Of a stretch of DNA of 64,000 bases, positions 55,209 through 64,000 are shown piece by piece. The stretch comes from Candidatus Obscuribacterales bacterium (GTDB lineage Bacteria; Cyanobacteriota; Vampirovibrionia; Obscuribacterales; Obscuribacteraceae): NCBI GenBank assembly GCA_965228855.1, contig CBDDIJ010000003.1, positions 640,001-704,000 of the forward strand. The letters run 5' to 3'. Made by a program: the position numbers and the translations under genes. Position 1 is the first letter of the stretch. Each line of letters starts with the position of its first letter. The notes under the pieces were generated by a model. The model searched no databases. It saw only the letters and a list, made by a program, of their open reading frames with translations, and was not told the origin of the DNA.

Positions 55209-58200
55209 GTGAAAAAGTTCAAGAAAAAGGCATTCTCGTTTGTTGCTGTTGCCGCTCTAGCGCTGGTCGGGCAGGCTGCATCGGCCAACAGTGGTCAGAA
55301 TTTTCATCAGGCAATCGAGAACGCCGCAAGGCGCGGGTTTGAAGCTCAAAACAGCGGAAGACGGCATAGTGACCGGTTGATTCAAGTTCAAAACCTTGAT
55401 GGTGCTAGAGCGGCCCGTCATGACAATAGAATCTTGCGCTTGGAAAACCGTCACGGAATTGATACTGCTAATACAGTCAATGCTATCCGGGAACAGCGTT
55501 TGATTCGACTTAACAGTATTAATCTCAACGGACTGCCGAGTGATCTCAACTTGAACTCGCGCAGAGACAATTACGTTTTAGGTGGGCTCAGCGGCAATGT
55601 CACCATCTCGCGCGCCGGGTCGGACCTGGTTGTAGACGGAAGCACCAAACTTACTGCCGCGGAAGTTGCAGCTGTTTATCAGGTACTCAACGAATCCGGG
55701 CAAACTCTTTCTCTCGGCAAAAAAGGAAATGCTGATGGCGGCTTCTTGACACTTGATGCCGCTGCGACGGGTGGTCTGACAAGTCTTGTGATTCCTAAAA
55801 ACGTCACTGTTAACGGTGATTTCACGAATGCAGCGGAATTGGGTATTGGTGGAGATTTGCACAACTCCGGCAACTTGTTCGTCCATTCAAATGATGCCTC
55901 TGTCACGACTGCGACAATTAGTGCCGATAACATCCGCAATTCTCGCACCGGCAGTATTGCGACAGTGGATTCGGGTAGTTCGGTTTTAAACTTGAGTCTG
56001 TTTGCAAATATGGACATCGTAAACCAGGGAAGCATCAATGGCGCTGGTGATGTGTCTCTTTCGGCTGGCAGTTCGATTCAAAATGTTTCCGACTCTGGTT
56101 CTGTTCCGACGATTACTGCAGGGCAAAACGTTAATCTTCAGAGTGCAAACATCTTCAATCAGGGTGTGATTAGTGCCAAATCTGGTGATATAAACCTTGC
56201 CACACAACTGGTGACCTTGCCGGCCAGCAAAACCGTTTTCGTTTATGGGCAGGGTGGTGCCTTCAATGCTACAGGCGACATAACTATCGGCTCGAATGTT
56301 TTTGATTCATCGACGGCTGTGTTGCTTAATGGTGGCGATTATCATTCTAACAACCTGGTAGTAAACGCGGGGGCGGGTTCTGCTGATGGAGCCGTGGGTG
56401 ATGTCACCGGTCAATTGAAGGTAAATGCTGGAATCGCTCACATAGGTGCATCAACTGAGAACTTAAATCTAGGTCAATGTGTGATCTCAGGTGATCCGAC
56501 GTTCTTCAACAACAGCGGCAACATCACCGTCAGTGGTGCAATTTCCTTCGGTGAAGCGATTGCAATTCTTGCAAGTGGTGATATCTCAGATAGCGGTCCT
56601 ACGACCATTACGGCTGCGTCCGGTGACGACGGTAAGAACGTGACGATAATCGCTGGTGTGACTTTGACACCGATTGGATTGGCGATGCCGACCACAACTG
56701 TCCCTGGTACCCCTATTGGACTCGGCACGTCCGTCCAGGTCGGAAAGACCTCGAAGACTGGTGGCAACATAAATCTGGCCTCCACGACGATCAACACAAA
56801 TGGTACAAATAATGGTTCTGGCGGTGACGTTCTATTGATTGCAGCCGGTTCGAAAAAAGCCGGCGGGCAGGTCAATATCGGGCACGTCAATGCTTCTGGC
56901 AGTGGGACTGGCGATAACGGCGACATTTCGATCATTGGTTCCTCATCCTCGAGTATCTCTCAGGCGATTACCACAAATACGCTATCTACTGGGGCGGGAA
57001 CGGGCGAGACCGGAAACATCTCCCTGACAGTTTCAGCAGTTACTTTCAGCAAAGATTTCGTGTTTGATTCGACTGGCTCATATACGGGAACTTATCAATT
57101 CGCCAAGAAGTTAAGTACAGGAAATATTGGCACAGAGCAAGTGACGGCAAATGGTGGATTAATCCAGTATTCGACTGCTGGCTCCGCGTTGATCAACAGC
57201 GGCGGTATTTCTGCAAACGGATTGACAGGAAGAAACGCTGGTGAAATCAGAATCAATGCTGGAAACATAACAATCAATGGCGCCATCACCGCCAATGGTG
57301 GCGCAGGTGATACCGAGGTTACTGGAAGTGGACTTGATGGTGGCGCAGGCGGTGCTATCATCCTTACATCGACCAATGGTGGGATCTTCTCGAATGACGG
57401 TGATGCCATTGTATCGCGAGGCGGAGATGGGGGCGCAGGTGCGTTGGTTGGCGGCATCGCCGGCTCGGGTGGCCACGGTGGTGCTGGTAGCAGCATAACT
57501 CTCACCTCCGCGACCACGATCGACATAGGCAATCAGGGCGTCCTGAGTCAGGGCGGCAGCGGCGGCTCTGGGGCTCATAACACCGCTGGTAATGGCAATG
57601 CAGGCGGCTCCGCTGGTGCAGGTGGTGATGGTGGCAACGTGTCCCTATCCTCAGACGGTAGCGACATGAACCTGGTAGGCAACATTCTGTCTCAGGGCGG
57701 TGCAAGCGGAAATGGCGGGGACGGTGCCAATAATGGCGGCGGAGCTGGTGGCGCAGGTGGTGATGGCAATATCGGAGGAAATGGGCAAACCGTTTCGATA
57801 GTGACGTCGGGTGGCGGCAATCTGAATGTGTTTCAGCAAGTTGGTTCCCTCGGCGGAGGCAACGGTACTGCTGGTAATGGCGGTGACGGCTTCAACGGCG
57901 GTGCTGGTGGAAATGGTGCAGGCGGTAACTCTAGTGGTCGGGTCGAGATCGTATTCGGCACTGGAACACTTTCCTTCAATGGAAATGCTGAGATCGTCTC
58001 ACTCAGCGGTGCGGGGGGAGCCGCCGGTAATGGCGGTGATGCTACAGCTACCGGAGGGATTGCCGGCGATGGCGGTGGTGCGAACAGTGGTGGCGCATCC
58101 GGTGACGTCGTCATAACAGGGTCATTGAAGGGTGGCACCATCTCGGGCGGAAGCAATAATGCGATTCGTTCAATTTTGGGTAACGCCGGAAATGGCGGCA

Positions 58201-60158
58201 ACGGCGGCTCCGCCGTCGGTATTGCCGTAACTGGTGGCGATGGCGGTGACGTCTCGGATTCCGGAACCGGTGGAGATGTCAACGTCACCGCAGGGGTAAT
58301 CAACTTCGGCGGACAAATCGTTGCAAGCACATCTGGTACTGCATTTCAGGCTGGAAACGGCGGTGATGGAGGCGGCAACCCTGGTGGTAGTGGTGGCAAT
58401 GCAGGCAGTGGCGGTGACGTAATATCGAACAGTGAAGCGCCGCGTCGGGTCGGTAACGTCACCATTACCGGTGGCACAGTCGATGTGAACATCGTTTCTG
58501 TTGCTGGGGGCGTGGCTGGCGACGGAGGTAACGCTGGGTTTGGTGGCATCTCGGACGGAGGCGTTGGCGGTCGAGGTGGTGACGGCGGCGACGGTGGAAG
58601 CGGTACGAATGCTGGTACGATCACGATCACCGGCGCCTCCATTGCTGCTGCGACGCTTGACGCTCATGGCTCTGCTGGCGGCGATGGGCAGGATGGTAAC
58701 AGTGGGGCTTTCAGCACCGTGACTGGAGGATTAGGAGGAAATGGTGGAGCCGCTGGTTCTCAAGGAAGCGGTGGCACTGTTGTCCTTTCTACTGCTAAAG
58801 GAAAACCTCCAACTATCAACGTCTCTACGATAAACGTCGACGCTGGTTCTCAGTCGCATGCCGGGGGCGGAGGAGATGGTGGCTTCAATGGCTCCATATT
58901 TGCAACTGGTGGGAATGCTGGACAAGTTGGCTCCTCTGGTGATGCCGGCTCGATCACGGTAAATGCCGGAGGCGACGTGAATATCAATACAATCAATGCG
59001 ACTGGCGGCAGTGGAAACCTCGGTAGCTTCGGTGGTAGTGGTGGCACAGCCGGTACCGGGTCTGTTGCTGCAGACGGTGGAGCTGGCGGAGTGATCATTA
59101 TCACTTCCAAGAAAGGAAACTTTGCCTTCTCAGATATTGATTTCGACGGGGGTTCTGGTTCTGCCGCCGGCCCGGCAGGTGCAGCCCCGTCGGCACCGAT
59201 CTCGAGCGACGGAGGTAATGGTGGCGCCGGAGGCACCCTCTCGCTCACCACTGGTGGTGCTACAAACATCAACGGAGGACTCAACGGCTCAGGTGGCACT
59301 GGCGGTGCCGGCGGAGCAGGCTCTTCCGTGTCCACCGGCGGTAGTGGTGGCGCAGGTGGCAGCGGAGGGACCTTCTCCGTTGATGGAACCTCGCTGAGCT
59401 TGAATGGCGTCGCAAACCTTCAGGGTGGCGCCGGCGGCAACGGCGGCTCCACTGGCATCAACGCTAACGGAGGTACAGCCGGTTCCGGTGGCACTGGCGG
59501 TCAGGGCGGAGCGTTCAACATAGCTAATGTGAAAGGTGATACTAACCTCAACCTTATGAGCGTCAGTGGTGGTAATGGCGGCTCCGGGGCGAATGGTGTG
59601 GTCTCGGTTAACCAACTTCCCGTGACCGGAGGTAATGGCGGTTCTGGCGGAGTCGGTGGCACCATCAGCACCACTAAGGTTGGTGGCAATATTTCCGCCG
59701 ACATTATTCGCGCCGATGGTGGAGCCGGTGGAAACGGTGGTCTGGGAGGCAGCCCTACCTCTTCTCCGCAAGTCGCTGATGGCGCCTCTGGCGCTGATGG
59801 CGGTTCAGGCGGTGATGGTGGAACCGGTGGACAAGTTTCACTGTTCGCGGGCAAGAAGAAAGTTATCGACATCGTTACTTCGCTTTCTGCTAATGGTGGT
59901 ACAGGTGGTGCCGGTGCCACCGGCGGAAGTGGCGATGTCGGTACGAATACGACAGGATTTGGTGGCGATGGTGGTGACGGCGGATTCGGAGGAAACGGCG
60001 GTGACATAGTTACCTCGGTCATTCCGAGCACTCCGGCTTCCGCCGCTGGTGGCGCTGGTGGTTCAGGTGGAATCGGCGGTAACGGAGATCCGGATGGATT
60101 GGGCGGAAACGCCGGAACCCCCGGAGCCGATGGAACCGTGTTCCCCGTAGTGCCCTAA
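55209..60158 (+). CDS. Large secreted beta-helix/adhesin-like protein with a Gly-rich (GGxGGxGG) C-terminal half
   Basis: Lys-rich signal peptide, haemagglutinin-like beta repeats, then many GGxGGxGG blocks separated by short beta strands. Confidence 0.8.
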   Translation: MKKFKKKAFSFVAVAALALVGQAASANSGQNFHQAIENAARRGFEAQNSGRRHSDRLIQVQNLDGARAARHDNRILRLENRHGIDTANTVNAIREQRLIRLNSINLNGLPSDLNLNSRRDNYVLGGLSGNVTISRAGSDLVVDGSTKLTAAEVAAVYQVLNESGQTLSLGKKGNADGGFLTLDAAATGGLTSLVIPKNVTVNGDFTNAAELGIGGDLHNSGNLFVHSNDASVTTATISADNIRNSRTGSIATVDSGSSVLNLSLFANMDIVNQGSINGAGDVSLSAGSSIQNVSDSGSVPTITAGQNVNLQSANIFNQGVISAKSGDINLATQLVTLPASKTVFVYGQGGAFNATGDITIGSNVFDSSTAVLLNGGDYHSNNLVVNAGAGSADGAVGDVTGQLKVNAGIAHIGASTENLNLGQCVISGDPTFFNNSGNITVSGAISFGEAIAILASGDISDSGPTTITAASGDDGKNVTIIAGVTLTPIGLAMPTTTVPGTPIGLGTSVQVGKTSKTGGNINLASTTINTNGTNNGSGGDVLLIAAGSKKAGGQVNIGHVNASGSGTGDNGDISIIGSSSSSISQAITTNTLSTGAGTGETGNISLTVSAVTFSKDFVFDSTGSYTGTYQFAKKLSTGNIGTEQVTANGGLIQYSTAGSALINSGGISANGLTGRNAGEIRINAGNITINGAITANGGAGDTEVTGSGLDGGAGGAIILTSTNGGIFSNDGDAIVSRGGDGGAGALVGGIAGSGGHGGAGSSITLTSATTIDIGNQGVLSQGGSGGSGAHNTAGNGNAGGSAGAGGDGGNVSLSSDGSDMNLVGNILSQGGASGNGGDGANNGGGAGGAGGDGNIGGNGQTVSIVTSGGGNLNVFQQVGSLGGGNGTAGNGGDGFNGGAGGNGAGGNSSGRVEIVFGTGTLSFNGNAEIVSLSGAGGAAGNGGDATATGGIAGDGGGANSGGASGDVVITGSLKGGTISGGSNNAIRSILGNAGNGGNGGSAVGIAVTGGDGGDVSDSGTGGDVNVTAGVINFGGQIVASTSGTAFQAGNGGDGGGNPGGSGGNAGSGGDVISNSEAPRRVGNVTITGGTVDVNIVSVAGGVAGDGGNAGFGGISDGGVGGRGGDGGDGGSGTNAGTITITGASIAAATLDAHGSAGGDGQDGNSGAFSTVTGGLGGNGGAAGSQGSGGTVVLSTAKGKPPTINVSTINVDAGSQSHAGGGGDGGFNGSIFATGGNAGQVGSSGDAGSITVNAGGDVNINTINATGGSGNLGSFGGSGGTAGTGSVAADGGAGGVIIITSKKGNFAFSDIDFDGGSGSAAGPAGAAPSAPISSDGGNGGAGGTLSLTTGGATNINGGLNGSGGTGGAGGAGSSVSTGGSGGAGGSGGTFSVDGTSLSLNGVANLQGGAGGNGGSTGINANGGTAGSGGTGGQGGAFNIANVKGDTNLNLMSVSGGNGGSGANGVVSVNQLPVTGGNGGSGGVGGTISTTKVGGNISADIIRADGGAGGNGGLGGSPTSSPQVADGASGADGGSGGDGGTGGQVSLFAGKKKVIDIVTSLSANGGTGGAGATGGSGDVGTNTTGFGGDGGDGGFGGNGGDIVTSVIPSTPASAAGGAGGSGGIGGNGDPDGLGGNAGTPGADGTVFPVVP

Positions 60159-60182
60159 ACTGATTCGTCGCTATGTCCAATT

Positions 60183-60217
60183 AAAAAGCGCGCATCTCGG
60201 AAGAGGTGCGCGCTTTT
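60183..60217. terminator. Bidirectional terminator
   Basis: AAAAGCGCGCATCT/AGGTGCGCGCTTTT between convergent genes. Confidence 0.8.
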
Positions 60218-60279
60218 GCAATCGGAGAAAAACTGTGTGAAAGCTGTGACTTCTGAGCGATTGCTTCGAAGTCGAATAT

Positions 60280-61323
60280 CTACATAACTAGCGCCAAAAT
60301 CGCCTTCTGCGCATGTAAGCGGTTTTCCGCCTGATCGTAGACGACTGACTGAGGACCGTCGATGACCTCGTCTTGAACTTCTTCGCCGCGATGGGCGGGC
60401 AAGCAGTGCATGAAGATTGCGTCCTGCTTGGCATTGCTCATGAGCGCACTGTTTACTTGATATGGAATAAACGCCTTTGTTTTGTCGTCGGCTTCAGCTT
60501 CTTGACCCATTGACACCCAAACGTCGGTGTAAACGACGTCCGCGTCCTTAACCGCTTCAACAGGATCGTGCGTAATAGTGAGTATTGCGCCGGTTTTCTT
60601 CGCTTCCTCCTGTGCCATCGCCCATAGGGTCGCATCCGGTTCAAAACCTTCTGGGCAGCCTAGTGTGAAGTGAGTTCCAACTTTTGCTGCAAGAAGCATC
60701 AACGAATTTGCCACGTTGTTGCCGTCTCCGATAAATGCGATTTTCAGACCTTTGAAGTCGCCCTTATGCTGAAGGATTGTTTGGAAATCCGCCAGCGCCT
60801 GGCAAGGATGTTCCAGATCGCTAAGACCATTTACGACTGGAATATTCGAGTTCTTAGCAAGGCTCAAGACTGTTTCATGAGAAAACGTTCTTGCCATTAC
60901 AGCGTCGACCCAGCGCTCCAGGTTTTTCGCTACGTCGCTCACTGGTTCTCTCTTGCCTAGCTGACCCTCCATGTAAATCGCGTGACCGCCTAGTTGAGTC
61001 ATGCCAGCTTCGAATGTGATGCGGGTTCTCAGTGACGGTTTTTCAAAAAGCATCACCAGGGTCTGCCCCTTGGCGAAGAGGGTTTGAGTCTCGTCGAATT
61101 TATTGAGATAGAGTTGCTGTGCCGTATCGATTATTAGGTGGATTTCCTCTGACGACAGGTCGGCAATGCCGAGCACGTCTTTGCCACGCATCAAGTTCGT
61201 TTCCAAAACCTTCGCTAGTGGCGACGCCCCTACCGGTGGTGCCATCCGCTGGGAGGAACCGTTGCCTAGTTTTGCGGCGGCTTCTTTGATGAATGACAAA
61301 ACTGGAATCAATACGTTCAACAT
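60280..61323 (-). CDS. argF: Ornithine carbamoyltransferase
   Basis: FEKPSLRT, HPCQ, DVWVSMG and HCLP motifs. Confidence 0.96.
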   Translation of the reverse strand: MLNVLIPVLSFIKEAAAKLGNGSSQRMAPPVGASPLAKVLETNLMRGKDVLGIADLSSEEIHLIIDTAQQLYLNKFDETQTLFAKGQTLVMLFEKPSLRTRITFEAGMTQLGGHAIYMEGQLGKREPVSDVAKNLERWVDAVMARTFSHETVLSLAKNSNIPVVNGLSDLEHPCQALADFQTILQHKGDFKGLKIAFIGDGNNVANSLMLLAAKVGTHFTLGCPEGFEPDATLWAMAQEEAKKTGAILTITHDPVEAVKDADVVYTDVWVSMGQEAEADDKTKAFIPYQVNSALMSNAKQDAIFMHCLPAHRGEEVQDEVIDGPQSVVYDQAENRLHAQKAILALVM

Positions 61324-61454
61324 AACTTTCTTCTCCTCGTCCGGTCGAAACCTCGACCGCTAAAAACATTTGTTCTTCTCTCGATTCGGCCGGTTTATAA
61401 AGGCGTTGCGTCCGGCTGCTTCATGTAGGGATTCGGGCGTCTCTGCTCGAATCC

Positions 61455-62798
61455 CTAAGGTCGAGCATTCATCATTTGTCCGGCTCCACCGGGCGATTTC
61501 TTGTTTGACACCGAAAGCTTGGGATCGAACAAATCAAAAACATCTTCGGCAAATAAACCGCTGTAGGTTTTATAGTCAGCAATTGGAAGTTGCGTTAGAC
61601 TCAGACTTTTCTCTCTGGCGTGTGCCACCACTTCCGCTACCGTTTCATGTGCTGCTCTGAATGCCATGCCTTTGTTCACCAGGTACTCGAGAACATCGGT
61701 GGCATAGATCTCGGGATTGCTGACTGCTTTCTTCATGTTGTCAGCGTTCACAGACATCTCTGATAGAGCCAGTGACATTACTTTCAGAGCATCAATGATG
61801 GTGTTGGAAGAATTGATCGCGGGCGGTTTCGTCTCCTGAAGATCCCGGTTGTAACCAACCGGCAATCCCTTTAGAGTAATCAACAAGTTCAGCAGATCAC
61901 CGCATACGGTGCCAACCTTGCCGCGAACGATTTCGATCGGGTCAGGGTTTTTCTTCTGAGGCATCAAGCTAGACGTAGTTGTCACTGCGTCCGAAAACGT
62001 TACGAAGCCGAATTCGTTGGTGCACCAGATAATCATTGTTTCAGCCAGCTGCGAAAGATGCACTGCTGTCAGTGAACAGGCGAAAACGAATTCCGCCACG
62101 AAATCTCTGTCCATCACTGCATCAATCGAGTTGGCGAAAGTTTTGTTGAAACCAAGAACTTCGGCTGAAACTTGCGGCGCGATTGGCAGCGAAGAGCCGG
62201 CTATGGCTCCTGCTCCCAGAGGGCTGCAAGCGGTTCTTTTCTGACAGTCTTCGAATCTTTCGGCGTCCCGCTTCAGCATTTCGATGAAGGCGTTGAGCAC
62301 GTGACCGAGGGTGACTGGCTGCGCCGGCTGCAAGTGGGTGTAGCCGGGCATGATTGTTTCAACATGGGCATTGGCTTGCTCGGTAAGTACCGAGCAGATA
62401 GCTTTGATTTGCCAGTTGATTGTCGCAATCTGTTCGAGCACGTAGAGTCTCATATCCAGAGCGACCTGGTCGTTTCTGCTTCTTGCGGTATGAAGCAGTT
62501 TTGCATCCTGACCGATGATCTCTTCGAGTTTTTTCTCCACGTTCATATGAACGTCTTCAAACTCTTCGATTAGCTCAAAGGTCCCGTTGTAGGCCTCGTC
62601 TTTGATTTTACTGAGTCCATCGATGAGATTTGTAGCTTGCGCGGCTGTCAGTAAGCCGACTTTTTCCAGCATCGCTACGTGTGCGAGACTTCCGTTTACA
62701 TCAGCCGCGATCAGATGTTTGTCGTCCGCGACTGATGAAACGAATTTCGTCACCGCCGGATCAAGTGGCTGGTTGAAGGCTTTTCTTAACACTTTCAT
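61455..62798 (-). CDS. argH: Argininosuccinate lyase
   Basis: HTARSRNDQ, PGYTHLQ and SSLMPQKKNPD motifs. Confidence 0.97.
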   Translation of the reverse strand: MKVLRKAFNQPLDPAVTKFVSSVADDKHLIAADVNGSLAHVAMLEKVGLLTAAQATNLIDGLSKIKDEAYNGTFELIEEFEDVHMNVEKKLEEIIGQDAKLLHTARSRNDQVALDMRLYVLEQIATINWQIKAICSVLTEQANAHVETIMPGYTHLQPAQPVTLGHVLNAFIEMLKRDAERFEDCQKRTACSPLGAGAIAGSSLPIAPQVSAEVLGFNKTFANSIDAVMDRDFVAEFVFACSLTAVHLSQLAETMIIWCTNEFGFVTFSDAVTTTSSLMPQKKNPDPIEIVRGKVGTVCGDLLNLLITLKGLPVGYNRDLQETKPPAINSSNTIIDALKVMSLALSEMSVNADNMKKAVSNPEIYATDVLEYLVNKGMAFRAAHETVAEVVAHAREKSLSLTQLPIADYKTYSGLFAEDVFDLFDPKLSVSNKKSPGGAGQMMNARP

Positions 62799-63981
62799 TG
62801 CACTTACTCCAGGCTGTGAGTCTTAAACCATTGACGTTGATGAAGCCACCAGAATCATGTTTGTCGAACATTCCCATCGCTTCGAAGCTCGATAGCTTCT
62901 CGTCGTAGAGGCTGTTTTGAGATTGTCGTCCTACGACAATTGAATTTCCTTTGTAGAGTTTCAACTTAGCCCAACCGTTTACATTGGCTTGGGATGCATC
63001 GATCGCGTTCTTCAACAAAACTGCCTCAGGTGCGAACCAGAAACCGTTATAGGTAAGTTCTGCGAATTTCAGTCCCCACTCCTGCTTCATGTGAGAAACT
63101 TCGCGATCGAGTGTCAAAGATTCAACCGCCACGTGTGCTTGCATGAGAAGCGTGGCGCCAGGAGTTTCATAAACACCTCTCGACTTAATTCCAACGAAAC
63201 GATTCTCAACCAGATCGACTCTTCCGACTCCGTGTTTCGCTCCAATTTCATTTGCCTTATTGAGCAAGTCGACGGGACTAAGAGCTTCTCCATTAATCGC
63301 TACGGGCACGCCGCACTTAAATTCGATAGTGATCTCTTCAGCTTTGTCGGGGGCTTGCTCCGGATTTGTCGTCCAGAGATAAATGTCGTCTGGGGGAGCG
63401 GCAGCCGGATCTTCGAGAATGCCGCCTTCGTAACTGATGTGCATCAGGTTCGCGTCCATTGAATATGGTTTCTCTTTGGTTACGGGAACAGGAATGCCAT
63501 GTTTCTTGGCGTATTCAATAAGATCGTTTCGTCCGGAATAGTTCCATTCGCGCCACGGAGCAATTATCTGGAGATGTGGCGCCAGAGACTTAACGGCTAA
63601 TTCGAAGCGAACTTGATCGTTGCCCTTGCCGGTCGCACCGTGGGCGATGGCATCACAACCTTCTTTCAAGGCTGCAGTAATCATGCCCTGAGCGATGCAT
63701 GGGCGCGCCAGCGATGTGCCCATGAGATAGGTATGTTCATAGACACCGTTTGCTTTGATGGATTCGAACACATAGTTATTCACGAAGTCATTGCATAAAT
63801 CGTCGACTATGCATTTTTCTGCGCCTGTTTTCATCGCCTTTTCGACAACTGCATCGAAGTCCTCGCCTTGCCCGACGTTGGCGCAGTATGCGACGACCGG
63901 CACGTTGTAGGTTTCTTTAAGCCAGGTGAGAATGCAAGATGTATCCAAACCACCGCTGTAGGCGAGCAAAATCTTCTTCAT
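62761..63981 (-). CDS. argG: Argininosuccinate synthase
   Basis: AYSGGLDTS, HGATGKGNDQVRFE and KSRGVYETP motifs. Confidence 0.98.
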   Translation of the reverse strand: MKKILLAYSGGLDTSCILTWLKETYNVPVVAYCANVGQGEDFDAVVEKAMKTGAEKCIVDDLCNDFVNNYVFESIKANGVYEHTYLMGTSLARPCIAQGMITAALKEGCDAIAHGATGKGNDQVRFELAVKSLAPHLQIIAPWREWNYSGRNDLIEYAKKHGIPVPVTKEKPYSMDANLMHISYEGGILEDPAAAPPDDIYLWTTNPEQAPDKAEEITIEFKCGVPVAINGEALSPVDLLNKANEIGAKHGVGRVDLVENRFVGIKSRGVYETPGATLLMQAHVAVESLTLDREVSHMKQEWGLKFAELTYNGFWFAPEAVLLKNAIDASQANVNGWAKLKLYKGNSIVVGRQSQNSLYDEKLSSFEAMGMFDKHDSGGFINVNGLRLTAWSKCNESVKKSLQPAT

Positions 63982-64000
63982 TGTATAAGCCCTCTTTTAA

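Noticed and set aside
55209..60158. Mycobacterial PE_PGRS gene, and the long antisense Pro-rich ORFs
   Set aside because: There is no PE domain and the protein has a Sec-type signal; the antisense ORFs arise from Gly codon bias.
62761..62798. 38-nt argG/argH overlap and the N-terminal extension of ArgF
   Set aside because: Both are compatible with ordinary operon compaction or start-codon uncertainty.

Overview
About 55 kb of this window (1-55.1 kb) looks like one co-regulated low-oxygen/dormancy island. It holds a group 3b [NiFe]-hydrogenase with hypF/hypA/protease/hypB, hybrid cluster protein, PEP synthase, ten universal stress protein (USP) genes, three paralogous dihaem cytochromes c, two P-type ATPases, FtsH, Hsp20, a ribosome hibernation factor, Adh, an avidin-like protein and a stand-alone HdrA-N-terminal-like protein. 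At its centre a globin-coupled histidine kinase and a NarL/LuxR response regulator are divergently transcribed. The main hidden signal is a palindrome, TCATCC-N4-GGATGA, found in most intergenic regions. It often occurs in pairs 23 bp apart and repeatedly sits exactly 22 nt upstream of a -10-like hexamer (class II activator geometry). Two such promoters appear to drive ~100-nt non-coding RNAs that share a terminator stem. A large secreted Gly-rich protein and argG-argH-argF follow the island. Protein style suggests a non-photosynthetic cyanobacterial relative (Vampirovibrionia/Obscuribacterales), but this is an impression only. All calls were made by eye, with no database searches.
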